Shown: piece by piece, positions 1-11,549 of the stretch
How the letters are laid out: every line of letters starts with the position of its first letter
Position numbering within the stretch: the stretch's first letter is position 1
Assembly: GCA_963776345.1 (NCBI GenBank)
Contig: CAVZMH010000015.1
Coordinates: 224,001-288,000, forward strand
DNA from: an uncultured delta proteobacterium
GTDB taxonomy: Bacteria; Myxococcota; Myxococcia; Myxococcales; Myxococcaceae
Direction of reading: 5' to 3'
DNA: 64,000 bases
Notes under the pieces: model-generated
Databases searched by the model: none
What the model saw: only the letters and a program-made list of their open reading frames with translations
What the model was told of the DNA's origin: nothing
Program-made: the position numbers and the translations under genes

Positions 1-19
1 AGACCGACCACGGCCATCC

Positions 20-742
20 TCAGACGCCCCGCATCAGGGCGAGCATGTCCCGCACCGCCCGGTCCATGCCCACCAGCACCGAGCGGGCGATGATGGCGTG
101 GCCGATGTTCAGCTCGTCGATCTCCTCGAGGCGGGCGATGGCCTGGACGTTGTCGTAGTTGAGCCCGTGCCCGGCCGCGACGCCGAGGCCGAGCTTGGCG
201 CCGGCCCGCGCCGCGTCCATCACCCGGGTCAGCTCGCGGGCACGCTCCTTGGCGTTCCGGGCCTCGCAGTACCGGCCGGTGTGCAGCTCGATCCGGTCCG
301 CCCCGAGCTTGTGCGAGGCGCGCAACGCGTCCAGGTCCGGGTCGATGAAGAGCGAGACCAGGATGTCGCCGTCCTTGAGGTGGCGGACCGCCTGCGCCAG
401 CGACTCGCGCTGGCCGGTCACGTCCAGCCCGCCCTCGGTGGTCAGCTCCTCCCGGCGCTCGGGCACCAGGGTGACCAGGTCCGGCTTCACCTCGTAGGCG
501 ATCTTCACCATCTCCTGGGTCGCCGCCATCTCGAGGTTGAGCAGCGTCTGGCAGGTCTCGCGGAGTAGCTTGAGGTCGCGGTCCTGGATGTGCCGCCGGT
601 CCTCGCGGAGGTGGATGGTGATCTGCCCCGCCCCGGCGGCCTCGGCCAGCGCCGCCGCGGTCACCGGGTCCGGGTACGCGGCCCGGCGCGCCTGGCGCAG
701 GGTGGCCACGTGGTCGACGTTCACGCCCAGTCGCTGTCCCAT
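20..742 (-). CDS. pdxJ: Pyridoxine 5'-phosphate synthase
   Basis: [47 protein letters not shown] and ELNIGH motifs. Confidence 0.97.
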   Translation of the reverse strand: MGQRLGVNVDHVATLRQARRAAYPDPVTAAALAEAAGAGQITIHLREDRRHIQDRDLKLLRETCQTLLNLEMAATQEMVKIAYEVKPDLVTLVPERREELTTEGGLDVTGQRESLAQAVRHLKDGDILVSLFIDPDLDALRASHKLGADRIELHTGRYCEARNAKERARELTRVMDAARAGAKLGLGVAAGHGLNYDNVQAIARLEEIDELNIGHAIIARSVLVGMDRAVRDMLALMRGV

Positions 743-764
743 GTGACGGCGTTGTATCGCAACT

Positions 765-2138
765 TCAGCCGAGCGCAGCGCTCAGGGCGGCGGCAATCGA
801 CTGGGCATGCTCCTCGTTGCGCTGGCTGTCCGGCCCCTCGATCAGGATGCGGACCTTGGGCTCGGTGCCGCTGTACCGGACGAACACCCGGCCGTCCTTG
901 CCCAGCTTGGCCCGGGCCGCCTCGATGGCCGCGTTGACTCCCGGGAGACCCTCGAGGTCCTTCCGCTCCTTGACCGCGAGCGAGAGCAGGGTCTGGGGCA
1001 CCGGCTCGAAGATGCTGGCCAGCTCCGAAAGCGGCTTCTGCTGGCGGCACATGACGGCCAGGAGCTGCAGCGCCGCGAGGGTCCCGTCCCCGGTCGTGGC
1101 GTGGTCCAGGAAGACCAGGTGCCCGGACTGCTCCCCGCCGAGGCTGTGCCCCGCGCGCCGCATCTCCTCGACCACGTAGCGATCGCCCACCTTGGTCCGG
1201 ACGACCTGCACGCCCCACCGGCCCACCGCCCGCTCCAGGCCCACGTTGGACATCACCGTCGTCACCAGGGTCTTTGTCCGGAGGCGGTCGCGGGCGACCA
1301 GCTCGCCGGTGCACACCGCCATGATCGCGTCCCCGTCGACGAGGCGGCCCTTCTCGTCGGCGACGATCAGCCGGTCGGCGTCCCCGTCGAGCGCCAGGCC
1401 CAGGTGGGCTCCATGCTCGACCACCGCCCGGGCCATGCTCTCGGGGTGCACCGCGCCCACCCCGTCGTTGATGTTGGTGCCGTTCGGCTCGCAGGCCAGG
1501 GGCACCACGGTGGCCCCGAGCTCCTGGAGGACGGCGGGCGCGGTCCGGTAGCCGGCCCCGTGCGCGCAGTCGACGACGATCTTCATCCCCTCCAGCGTCA
1601 GCTCGCGCGGAAAGGTGTTCTTGAGGAAGACGATGTACCGGCCGCGGGCGTCGTCGAGCCTGAAGGCGCGGCCGATCTTGTCGGCCGTCGGGCGGATCTC
1701 GTCGATCTGCCCGCTGGTGATCAGCTCCTCGAGCTTCTCCTCCGTCTCGTCCGGAAGCTTGAAGCCGTCGCGCCAGAAGAACTTGATGCCGTTGTCCTGG
1801 TAGGGGTTGTGCGAGGCGGAGATGACCGCCCCGGCGTCGGCGCGCATCGAGGTGGTGATGTTGGCGATGCCGGGCGTGGGCAGCGGGCCCACCAGCTCCA
1901 CGTCCACGCCCATCGAGGTGATGCCCGCGGCCAGCGCCTGCTCCAGCATGTAGCCGGAGAGCCGGGTGTCCTTGCCGATGACCACCCGGTGCCGGTGCGC
2001 GCCGTTGCGGATGAGGAAGGCCAGCGCCCGGCCGAGCTGCATCGCCACCTCGGCGGTCATCGGCCAGACGTTGGCCGTCCCCCGGACGCCGTCCGTGCCA
2101 AACAGCCGCGCCTTCGCCTGCGCCTCTGGAGACTTCAT
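765..2138 (-). CDS. glmM: Phosphoglucosamine mutase
   Basis: [45 protein letters not shown]. Start at ATG 2138, or GTG 2147 behind GGGAGG. Confidence 0.96.
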   Translation of the reverse strand: MKSPEAQAKARLFGTDGVRGTANVWPMTAEVAMQLGRALAFLIRNGAHRHRVVIGKDTRLSGYMLEQALAAGITSMGVDVELVGPLPTPGIANITTSMRADAGAVISASHNPYQDNGIKFFWRDGFKLPDETEEKLEELITSGQIDEIRPTADKIGRAFRLDDARGRYIVFLKNTFPRELTLEGMKIVVDCAHGAGYRTAPAVLQELGATVVPLACEPNGTNINDGVGAVHPESMARAVVEHGAHLGLALDGDADRLIVADEKGRLVDGDAIMAVCTGELVARDRLRTKTLVTTVMSNVGLERAVGRWGVQVVRTKVGDRYVVEEMRRAGHSLGGEQSGHLVFLDHATTGDGTLAALQLLAVMCRQQKPLSELASIFEPVPQTLLSLAVKERKDLEGLPGVNAAIEAARAKLGKDGRVFVRYSGTEPKVRILIEGPDSQRNEEHAQSIAAALSAALG

Positions 2139-2250
2139 CAACTTCACTTGCTCGACCCTCCCGCCGCCCGTCACGCCTCCCCGGGTCGGATCCCATGCTA
2201 TGGACCGCGACCCGCTCCCGCAAGGCAAGCGAGGTGGCCGAGGGTGGGTG

Positions 2251-4146
2251 CTACTCCTCGAGCGTGGAGAGGTCTCCGGCGTCCTTCCCCATCTCCTGCG
2301 CCCGGAGCAGCCGCCGGACGATCTTCCCGCTGCGGGTCTTCGGCAGCTTGTCCACGACCACGATGCTGCTGGGCGTGGCGATCGGCCCGAGCTCGTGGCG
2401 GACGTGCTTCACCAGCTCGGCCTCGAGCTCGGGGGTCGCCTTGCGCCCCGCGCGGAGGATGCAGAACGCCTTGATGCCCTCGCCCTTCACCGGGTCCGGG
2501 ATGCCGATGACCGCCGCCTCGGCGACGGCCGGGTGGCTGATCAGGGCGCTCTCCACGTCGGCGGTGCCGATGCGATGCCCGGCGACGTTGAGCACGTCGT
2601 CGCTGCGGCCGAGCACGGTGAAGTAGCCGTCCTTGTCCCAGCTGGCGACGTCACCCGCGGCGTAGACCTGGCCGGGGATCTCCTCCCAGTACTGGCGCCA
2701 GCGCTCGTGATCGCCCCAGACGGTGCGCATCATGTGGGGGAACGGACGGCGGAGCGCGAGCACCCCACCCTGCCCCTTCGGGACCTCCTTGCCGTCGGTG
2801 TCCACCACCACCGCGTCCACCCCGGGGAGCGCCAGGCCCACTGCCCCGGGCCGGGCGGGGATGCACAGCGGCGTGCCGAGCGCCGGACCACCGAGCTCGG
2901 TCTGCCACCAGTTGTCGGCGATGAAGCCGCGCTTGCCCCCGTCCACCAGGTGCTCGAACGCCCAGCGGCAGGCCTCGGGGTTCAGCGGCTCGCCGGCCAC
3001 GGTGATCAGCCGGAGCGAGGAGAGGTCGGACTTGGCCGGGAGCTCGCCGCCGAACTTCATGAACATCCGCAGCGCGGTCGGCGCGGTGAAGATGACGTTC
3101 ACCTTGTGCTTCTCCACCACCCGCCAGGCGATGGCCGGATCGGGGAAGTCGATCGCCCCCTCGCGCACCACGGTGGTGATGCCCTCCACCAGCGGCGCGT
3201 AGACGATGTACGAGTGACCCACCACCCAGCCGATGTCGCTGGTGCACCAGAAGACGTCGTCGTCCTTGAGGTCGTAGAAGGTCCGGAGGTGGTAGGCGGT
3301 GCCCACCATGAAGCCGCCGTGCACGTGCACCACACCCTTCGGCTTCCCGGTGGACCCCGAGGTGTAGAGGATGAACAGCGGGTGCTCGCTGTCCACCTGC
3401 ACCGGCGCGACGTCGGGCTTGCTGCGCTGGATCAGCTCGCGGAAGTCCACCTCGTTCTTCTTGAGCGGCCGCCCGCCTCCGCTCCGCCGCTGGAACCAGA
3501 CCACGTGCTCCACCACGTCCAGTCCGGGGAGCGCCTCGTCGACGATGCCCTGCAGCTCCACCACCTTGCCCCGCCGGAAGCCGATGTCGCCGGCGATGAT
3601 GACCTTCGCTCCGGCGTCGAGGATGCGGTCCTTGAGCGCGCCGACGCCGAGCCCGGCGTAGACCACCGAGTGGATGGCGCCGAGCCGGGCCACCGCGAGC
3701 ATCGAGGCGATGCCCTCGAGGGTGAGCGGCATGTAGATGATGACCCGGTCGCCCACCCCGACCCCGAGCGAGCGCAGGCCGCTGGCCAGGCGCGAGACCA
3801 GGTCGCGCAGCTCGCCGTAGGTGATGCTCCGCTCGGTCCCGTCCTCGTCCATGCAGATGAAGGCGCGGTGGTTCCGGCGTGGCCCGTCGGCGTGCCGGTC
3901 GAGCGCGTTCTCGGTGATGTTGGTCTTGGCGCCGACGAACCACTGGTGGTCGGGCACCCGCCAGTCCAGCACGCGGGTCCACGGCTGGGACCACTTGAAG
4001 CCCTTCGCCACCTCGCCCCAGAACCCCTGCGGGTCGGCGAGGCTCCGCGCATGTTCCGCCCGCACGTCCTGAAGGTTCGCGGCGCGGCGCACCTTCTCCG
4101 GCGCCGGGATGCCCTCGCCCACTTCGAGGAGATGCTCGAGTGCCAT
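2251..4146 (-). CDS. acs: Acetate--CoA ligase (AMP-forming acetyl-CoA synthetase)
   Basis: [31 protein letters not shown]-terminal GDLSTLE. ATG 4146 preceded by AGGAGG. Confidence 0.92.
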   Translation of the reverse strand: MALEHLLEVGEGIPAPEKVRRAANLQDVRAEHARSLADPQGFWGEVAKGFKWSQPWTRVLDWRVPDHQWFVGAKTNITENALDRHADGPRRNHRAFICMDEDGTERSITYGELRDLVSRLASGLRSLGVGVGDRVIIYMPLTLEGIASMLAVARLGAIHSVVYAGLGVGALKDRILDAGAKVIIAGDIGFRRGKVVELQGIVDEALPGLDVVEHVVWFQRRSGGGRPLKKNEVDFRELIQRSKPDVAPVQVDSEHPLFILYTSGSTGKPKGVVHVHGGFMVGTAYHLRTFYDLKDDDVFWCTSDIGWVVGHSYIVYAPLVEGITTVVREGAIDFPDPAIAWRVVEKHKVNVIFTAPTALRMFMKFGGELPAKSDLSSLRLITVAGEPLNPEACRWAFEHLVDGGKRGFIADNWWQTELGGPALGTPLCIPARPGAVGLALPGVDAVVVDTDGKEVPKGQGGVLALRRPFPHMMRTVWGDHERWRQYWEEIPGQVYAAGDVASWDKDGYFTVLGRSDDVLNVAGHRIGTADVESALISHPAVAEAAVIGIPDPVKGEGIKAFCILRAGRKATPELEAELVKHVRHELGPIATPSSIVVVDKLPKTRSGKIVRRLLRAQEMGKDAGDLSTLEE

Positions 4147-4259
4147 GCCGCGCCTCCTGACGTCGTCTGACGAGGGAACAGGCCACGCGCCCGCGGCGAT
4201 TTCAAGCGGCGACCGGCCGCGCAGATCTTGCGCGCCCCGGAGTGGCTCGGCGCGAGGCG

Positions 4260-5483
4260 TCAGGCCGGGGGAGGACCCCACGAATCGCCGCCCTCGCGGG
4301 CTTGGGCGATGGCATCGGCCACCGCCAGCGCGTCCTTCGCCTCGCCGACGTCGTGCACCCGGACGACGTCCGCGCCGCGGAGCACCGCCACCGCGGCGAT
4401 CGAGGCCAGGGTTCCCGCGACCCGCCGCTCGGGAGGGCGCCCCCCGGCCAGCGTCCCGAGGAACCGCTTGCGGCTGGTCCCCACCAGCACCGGCGCGCCC
4501 AGGACGCGCAGCTCGGCCAGGTGCCGGAGGAGGAAGAGGTTGTGGCCCACCGTCTTCCCGAAGCCGATGCCCGGATCGACCCACAGCCGCTGTCGCGAGA
4601 CGCCGGCGGCCACCGCCCGCTCGATGCTGCCGGCGAGCCCCTCGATGACCTCGGCGACGAGGTCGTCGTACCGGGGGTCCGCCTGCATCGTCTCCGGCGT
4701 CCCCTGGATGTGCATCAACGCCAGCACCGCGCCGGCCTCCGCCACCACCGCCGCCAGCGCCGGGTCGTGCCCGAGCCCGCTCACGTCGTTGACCAGCATC
4801 GCGCCGGCCCGGAGCGCCTCGCGCGCGACCTCCGCCTTCCGGGTGTCGACGGACAGGGGAACGTCGGTGGTGGCCCGGAGGGTCTCGATGACCGGGAGCA
4901 CCCGCTCGAGCTCGACCTGCACCGGAACCTCACCGGCGCCCGGCCGGGTCGACTCTCCCCCGATGTCCAGGAGGTCCGCCCCCGCCTCGACCAGGGCGTG
5001 CGCGTGCCGCACGGCGGCCTCGCGCTCGAGGTGCCGGCCCCCGTCGCTGAAGCTGTCGGGCGTGACGTTCACCACCCCCATGACCTGGGTTCGCTCGCCC
5101 CAGCGGAAGGTGCGGCCGCCGAGCACCGTCGGATCCGGCGGCGCGCCGGCGGCGAGCGCGGCGTCCAGCGCGCGGGCGAGCCCACCGAGCCCCTGACGCT
5201 CGGCGACCCGGGCCAGCGCGTCGATGCCGGCACGCGGTCCGGAGACGGTCGCCCCCCCCGCGCGCCGCTCCGGGTCCGAGAGGACGCAGGCGAGGCCCAG
5301 GGCGTCCTGCTCGCGGAGGAGCCGCGACTCGGCCGGGCCGAGCCCGGTGAGCAGGAGGTGCGCGCGGGCGACGGACCCGAGCAGCCGCTGCCGCGCAGCC
5401 GGCTCGAGGCCCAGCCGCTCCCAGGCGGGCTCGAGATCGCCGTCGCGATCCATGGCGATGGGCCGGGCGAGGATCATCGGCAC
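4260..5483 (-). CDS. folP: Dihydropteroate synthase with ~130-aa N-terminal extension
   Basis: MGVVNVTPDSFSDGG, DIGGESTRPG, DPGIGFGK, GTSRKRF, VRVHDV. ftsH-folP-glmM context. Confidence 0.95.
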   Translation of the reverse strand: MPMILARPIAMDRDGDLEPAWERLGLEPAARQRLLGSVARAHLLLTGLGPAESRLLREQDALGLACVLSDPERRAGGATVSGPRAGIDALARVAERQGLGGLARALDAALAAGAPPDPTVLGGRTFRWGERTQVMGVVNVTPDSFSDGGRHLEREAAVRHAHALVEAGADLLDIGGESTRPGAGEVPVQVELERVLPVIETLRATTDVPLSVDTRKAEVAREALRAGAMLVNDVSGLGHDPALAAVVAEAGAVLALMHIQGTPETMQADPRYDDLVAEVIEGLAGSIERAVAAGVSRQRLWVDPGIGFGKTVGHNLFLLRHLAELRVLGAPVLVGTSRKRFLGTLAGGRPPERRVAGTLASIAAVAVLRGADVVRVHDVGEAKDALAVADAIAQAREGGDSWGPPPA

Positions 5484-5549
5484 AGCCCGGAGTGCTAGCA
5501 GAGAACGCCCGCCCCGGGGGGCGGCGGAGGCGAACGCCCCGAGACGACG

Positions 5550-5581
5550 CTGCCCCCGCCGGCCGGAGCCAGCGAGGGCAG
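5550..5581 (-). terminator. GC-rich hairpin downstream of ftsH, possible terminator or stabiliser
   Basis: CTGCCC-CCGCCGGC / GCCAGCG-AGGGCAG imperfect inverted repeat ~27 nt past the ftsH stop; no clear U tract. Confidence 0.35.
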
Positions 5582-5607
5582 TGGGACGTTCCGTCCTCGA
5601 GGACGGC

Positions 5608-7521
<1,914 letters not shown>

Positions 7522-7644
7522 GTGTGGACTGCCCCTTTCGACTCCGGGCGCGACCTCGAGCCCCCGGACGGGTCCGAGATCCAGCATTCTGACGGGCCCC
7601 TTGGGCCGGTCGCAAGCGCTCGCACGGGCGCGCCCGGCTGGCGC

Positions 7645-8949
7645 CTATAACGTACCCTGGTCCCCAGCGCTCGGCTCCGGGGCCGGGCGGCGCTCGAGGG
7701 CTTCCGCGCGAAGGAACGGCCCGGGCCCGGTGTGCGCCCGGGGCCAGAGCCCCACCACCCACAGCACCCGGCCGCGCGCGTCCGCCACCAGGGGCCAGCC
7801 TCCTCGCTCCTCGGCGGGCACGGCCGCGTCGACCAGCACGTCCTGCACCCGCCGGGTGGGCCCGGCCTCGGGGCCGACCCGGTCTCCCGGCCGGCGGGCG
7901 CGCACCACCAGCGGCGGCGTCGCCCCTCCCACCGGGACGCCCGGCCCCTCGCCGAGCGTGACCCGGAAGGGACCGAACTGGACCGGCGCTCCCGCCTGGA
8001 GCTCGACCACGGAGGTCTCGGGCGGGGCGTGCGGGGTCAGCACGCGCACCCAGCCTCCCTCGGCGCCGAGCACCGCCCGGCCGGGGAGTCCGGTCCGGCC
8101 CCCCCGGTCGACCGCCGCGCCGATCTCCCGGAGCAGGCGGTCGGAGACGCCGTGACCCTGGGCCTCGAGCCACGCGCGGAGCACCCGGGAGCGGATGGGC
8201 CAGGGGAGCGCGCGCACCGCCACGGCGTCGAGCCCGGCGCCGTCTCGCACCCGCTGGAGCGCCTGGGCCGCCAGCCCCGACAGCAGCTCCTCGTCCTCGG
8301 CCGCCGAGCGGGCGAAGCGGGCCAGCCGCTCGACGACGGAGGGCCCGGCGGCCTGGCGGAGCACCGGCAGCACGTGGTGGCGGATGCGCGTCCGGAACAG
8401 CCCCGGGTCCTCGTTGGTCGGGTCGCGCGCCGGCTCGAGCCCGGCGGCGGCGACGGCGGCCTCGGTCTGCGACCGGCGCACGGCGAGGAGCGGGCGAAGG
8501 AGCCTCGGCCCCACCGCCCGGATGGCGGCCGCCCCGCGGAGGGCCGACCCGCGGGCCAGGCGCATCAGCAGCGTCTCGGCCTGGTCGTCGGCGGTGTGCG
8601 CGGTGGCGATGGCGGCATAGCCGTGCGCACGGGCGATGCGGTCCAGCGCAGCGTACCGGGCCGCCCGCGCCCTCGCCTCCGTCCCCGCGCCCGCCGGCAG
8701 CCCCAGCGACTCGGTGTGGAACGGCAGGCCGAGCGAGCGCGCGAGCTCCCGGACGCGCTCCACCTCGGCCGCCGACTCCGGCCGGAGCCCGTGGTCCAGC
8801 GACGCGACCCCCGTCCGCTCGCTCGCCACCTCGGCCGCCGCCAGCATCAGAGCCAGCGAATCCACTCCGCCGGACACGGCCACGAGAATTCTTCCAGCCT
8901 GGCGCTCGAACGCGGCGGCCACCGCCCGGCGGATGGCATCTCGGTTCAT
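7645..8949 (-). CDS. tilS: tRNA(Ile)-lysidine synthetase
   Basis: VAVSGGVDS PP-loop, DHGLR, ATAHTADDQAET, RPLL; upstream of ftsH. Start uncertain. Confidence 0.93.
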   Translation of the reverse strand: MNRDAIRRAVAAAFERQAGRILVAVSGGVDSLALMLAAAEVASERTGVASLDHGLRPESAAEVERVRELARSLGLPFHTESLGLPAGAGTEARARAARYAALDRIARAHGYAAIATAHTADDQAETLLMRLARGSALRGAAAIRAVGPRLLRPLLAVRRSQTEAAVAAAGLEPARDPTNEDPGLFRTRIRHHVLPVLRQAAGPSVVERLARFARSAAEDEELLSGLAAQALQRVRDGAGLDAVAVRALPWPIRSRVLRAWLEAQGHGVSDRLLREIGAAVDRGGRTGLPGRAVLGAEGGWVRVLTPHAPPETSVVELQAGAPVQFGPFRVTLGEGPGVPVGGATPPLVVRARRPGDRVGPEAGPTRRVQDVLVDAAVPAEERGGWPLVADARGRVLWVVGLWPRAHTGPGPFLRAEALERRPAPEPSAGDQGTL

Positions 8950-9010
8950 CCGGTCGTCGTGCATGCCCACAGCCATCCACAAGGGTGCCGACATCGCACC
9001 GGTCAGCAGG

Positions 9011-9039
9011 TTGAGACCCGTCGGTGCCGGCCTTAGAAT
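9011..9039 (+). promoter_or_regulatory. Sigma70-type promoter TTGAGA-N17-TAGAAT
   Basis: -35 TTGAGA at 9011-9016 and -10 TAGAAT at 9034-9039, each 5/6 to consensus, exact 17-nt spacer. Confidence 0.65.
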
Positions 9040-9045
9040 GACAGT

Positions 9046-9243
9046 CAGTCGGTGGCAGTGGCGACGGGGGTGAGGAATGGGCGGGCCACCGGACGTGTTC
9101 TTGGTCTGAAAATTGATGAGTGTTGGGCCTAGGGGTCCCCCCCCTCCCCCTCTGGGCCCACGGGGGTCGCAGGGAGTCAATCTCTGCCGCCCCTTCTTTC
9201 CCGGGCGCCCCGGTTCCTTCGCTGGAACCGGGGCGTTCGCTTT
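9046..9243 (+). ncRNA. Candidate small regulatory RNA (~200 nt) with C-rich loop
   Basis: Bounded by promoter 9011-9039 and terminator 9203-9243. Internal hairpins 9048-9094, 9124-9160 (loop TCCCCCCCCTCCC) and 9163-9193. Confidence 0.45.
9203..9243 (+). terminator. Intrinsic terminator-like hairpin
   Basis: Perfect 12-bp stem CGCCCCGGTTCC / GGAACCGGGGCG, 6-nt loop, followed by TTCGCTTT. Confidence 0.6.
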
Positions 9244-9263
9244 CGTGGAACCTGTTCAAATGA

Positions 9264-9292
9264 TTGACCGATCCCCGGGGGTGGCGGAGACT
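9264..9292 (+). promoter_or_regulatory. Possible promoter for the TIGR04563 pair (TTGACC-N17-GAGACT)
   Basis: TTGACC 9264-9269, 17-nt spacer, weak -10 GAGACT. Followed by 5'UTR hairpin ACGTCGG/CCGACGT at 9304-9337. Confidence 0.4.
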
Positions 9293-9372
9293 CTCCCCTG
9301 AGCACGTCGGCGCACCTTTCGGAATGCGGTCCGACGTTGACTTTTGACCTGACCCGGGGAGCACCGACGACG

Positions 9373-9582
9373 ATGGCTGGGACCGACAAGCGTAAGCAGA
9401 GTTTGTACTTCCCGGAGGAGATGCTCCGGGAGATCCAGGAAGAGGCCACGCGGCAGGATCGCTCGCTCTCCTGGGTGGTGCAGCAGGCCTGGCGGATCGC
9501 GCGCGAGCGGATCAAGGCCTTCCCTGCGGTGAACGACGTGACCGGCGAGCCCGCGCTTCCGGACACGCGCGAGGAGGCCTGA
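9373..9582 (+). CDS. TIGR04563 (MXAN_4361/4362) family small protein, ribbon-helix-helix-like
   Basis: MAGTDKRKQSLYFPEEMLREIQEEATRQDRSLSWVVQQAW; GGGGAG RBS; tandem paralogue follows. Confidence 0.88.
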   Translation: MAGTDKRKQSLYFPEEMLREIQEEATRQDRSLSWVVQQAWRIARERIKAFPAVNDVTGEPALPDTREEA

Positions 9583-9767
9583 TGCCGGGCACGGATCACC
9601 GCAAACAGTCGCTGTACTTCCCCGAGGAGATGCTGATGGAGATCCAGCACGAGGCGACACGGCAGGACCGGTCGCTCTCCTGGATCGTCCAGCAGGCCTG
9701 GAAGGTCGCCCGGGGCGACATCCAGAAGATGCCCTCGGTCAACGACGTCCTCACCGGAGCACGCTGA
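9582..9767 (+). CDS. TIGR04563 family small protein (second paralogue)
   Basis: MPGTDHRKQSLYFPEEMLMEIQHEATRQDRSLSWIVQQAW; TGATG stop/start overlap with first copy; GAGGAGG RBS. Confidence 0.88.
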   Translation: MPGTDHRKQSLYFPEEMLMEIQHEATRQDRSLSWIVQQAWKVARGDIQKMPSVNDVLTGAR

Positions 9768-9806
9768 CCACTCCGGCGGGAGCCCTCTCCGGCGACGTCC
9801 CTGCGC

Positions 9807-11533
9807 TCAGGCCGCCTCGGCCTCGAGCTTGAATCCGCTGCGTTCGAGCATCTGCTTCAGCTCGGCCTTGTGGATGGCCTTGCCGTAGGCCTCCTGGGGC
9901 TCGACGAGCTTCTTCTTCACCAGGTCGAGCAGGGCGTCGTTCAGGGTCTGCATCCCGACGCCCTTCCCGGTCTGCATCATCGAGGGGATCTGGAAGGTCT
10001 TCCCCTCGCGGATGAGGTTGGCCACGCTGGAGGTGGCGATGAGGATCTCCATCGCCGCCACCCGGCCGCCCCCGATCTTCTTGCAGAGGGTCTGGGTGAT
10101 GACGCCCTTGAGGCTCTCGCTGAGCATCATCCGGATCTGCTCCTGCCGGTCGGCCGGGAACTGGTCGATGATCCGGTCCACGGTGCTGGGCGCGGTGTTG
10201 GTGTGCAGGGTGCCGAAGACCAGGTGGCCCGTCTCGGCGGTCTCGATGGCGATGGCGATGGTTTCGAGATCTCGCATCTCGCCCACCAGGACGATGTCCG
10301 GGTCCTCGCGGAGGGCGGCCCGGAGCGCGTGCTTGAACGACCCGGTGTGCACCCCGATCTCCCGCTGGTTCACCAGGCAGCGGCGGTTGGGATGGACGAA
10401 CTCGATCGGGTCCTCGATGGTGATGATGTGATCGTCCCGGTTCCGGTTGATGTGGTCGATCATCGAGGCCAGGGTGGTGCTCTTCCCCGAGCCGGTCGGG
10501 CCGGTCACCACCACCAGCCCCTTGTTGAGGAAGCACAGGTCCAGCACCGGCTGGGGAAGCCCCATCTCCGCCGCGGTGCGGATGGTGTTGGGGATCTGCC
10601 GCATCACGCAGCCGATGCCCTTGCGGTCGTCGAAGAGGTTCACCCGGAAGCGGGCCCGCGGGGTCTCGTAGGCGAAGTCGGTGTCCTTGATGGACTCCCA
10701 CTGCTCCCGGTTCTTCTCCGGGGCGATGGAGAAGAGCATCTCCTTGAGGCGGCCCGGTGCCAGCGGCGGGTAGCCTTCGACGGGAGTCATGTCCCCGTCG
10801 ATGCGGATGATGGGCGTGGTGTCGGAGGAGAGGTGGAGGTCCGACGCCTTCCGGTCCAGCATGAGATTGAGGAGCTGGTCCATCGCGCCCCGCGGGTCGG
10901 CCGAGGGGGTCGGAGCCGCGGGCTTGGCCGCGCGGGCGGGCTCGGACGCGGAGGCCGCGACGGGGGCGGGCGCCGGTGCGCTCGGCTTCCCCGGGGTCGT
11001 CCTCCCCGGGGTCGGCTGACCTGGGAGCTCGCGGAACGAGACGTCCTTGGCCACGCCGCGCCGGAACCCGGACTGGGAGCCGACCGGCACCCCGGTGACG
11101 GCGGGCGTCGGGGGGTGACGGCGGGCGTCGGGGGGGTGCCGACGCTCGCCGTGCCCGGGCCGTGCATGTACTCGTGCAGCATCTCGGCGGCGGAGGCGAG
11201 CTCGATCGCCTCCCCCTCCTCCTCGGCGCCCCTCCTCGCCGGCCGCACGATGGCGCGGACCTGGGCGCCGCTGCGCTCGAAGACGACCGCCACCCGTCCC
11301 GCCGGCGCGCCGTACTCGAAGCGCGTGGTGCCCGGCGCGGGGAAGCTGTTGCGCATCTCGCTCGGGGCGAGCTCGGCGAAGACACCGGCGATCTGCTGCG
11401 CGGTGAGCTGCTGCCGGAGCACCGGGACGTCGCCCGAGCCGGTGCGCATCAGCGCGGGGGCGCCGGTATCGAAGAGCAGCTCGGTGCCCTGCTCCTTGAT
11501 GAGTCGCTCGAAGATCGGATCAAGCCTGGCCAC
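9807..11533 (-). CDS. pilT: PilT/PilU-family type IV pilus ATPase with extra N-terminal domain; frameshifted at ~11110-11115
   Basis: ASDLHL, GPTGSGKST, TIEDPIE, ALREDPDIVLVGEMRD, GHLVFGTLHT, GMQTL. N-terminal part (VARLDPIFERL, GTG 11533) is in another frame and joins if one C is added in a C6 run. Confidence 0.85.
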
Positions 11534-11549
11534 GGGCGCCGAGTTTACG

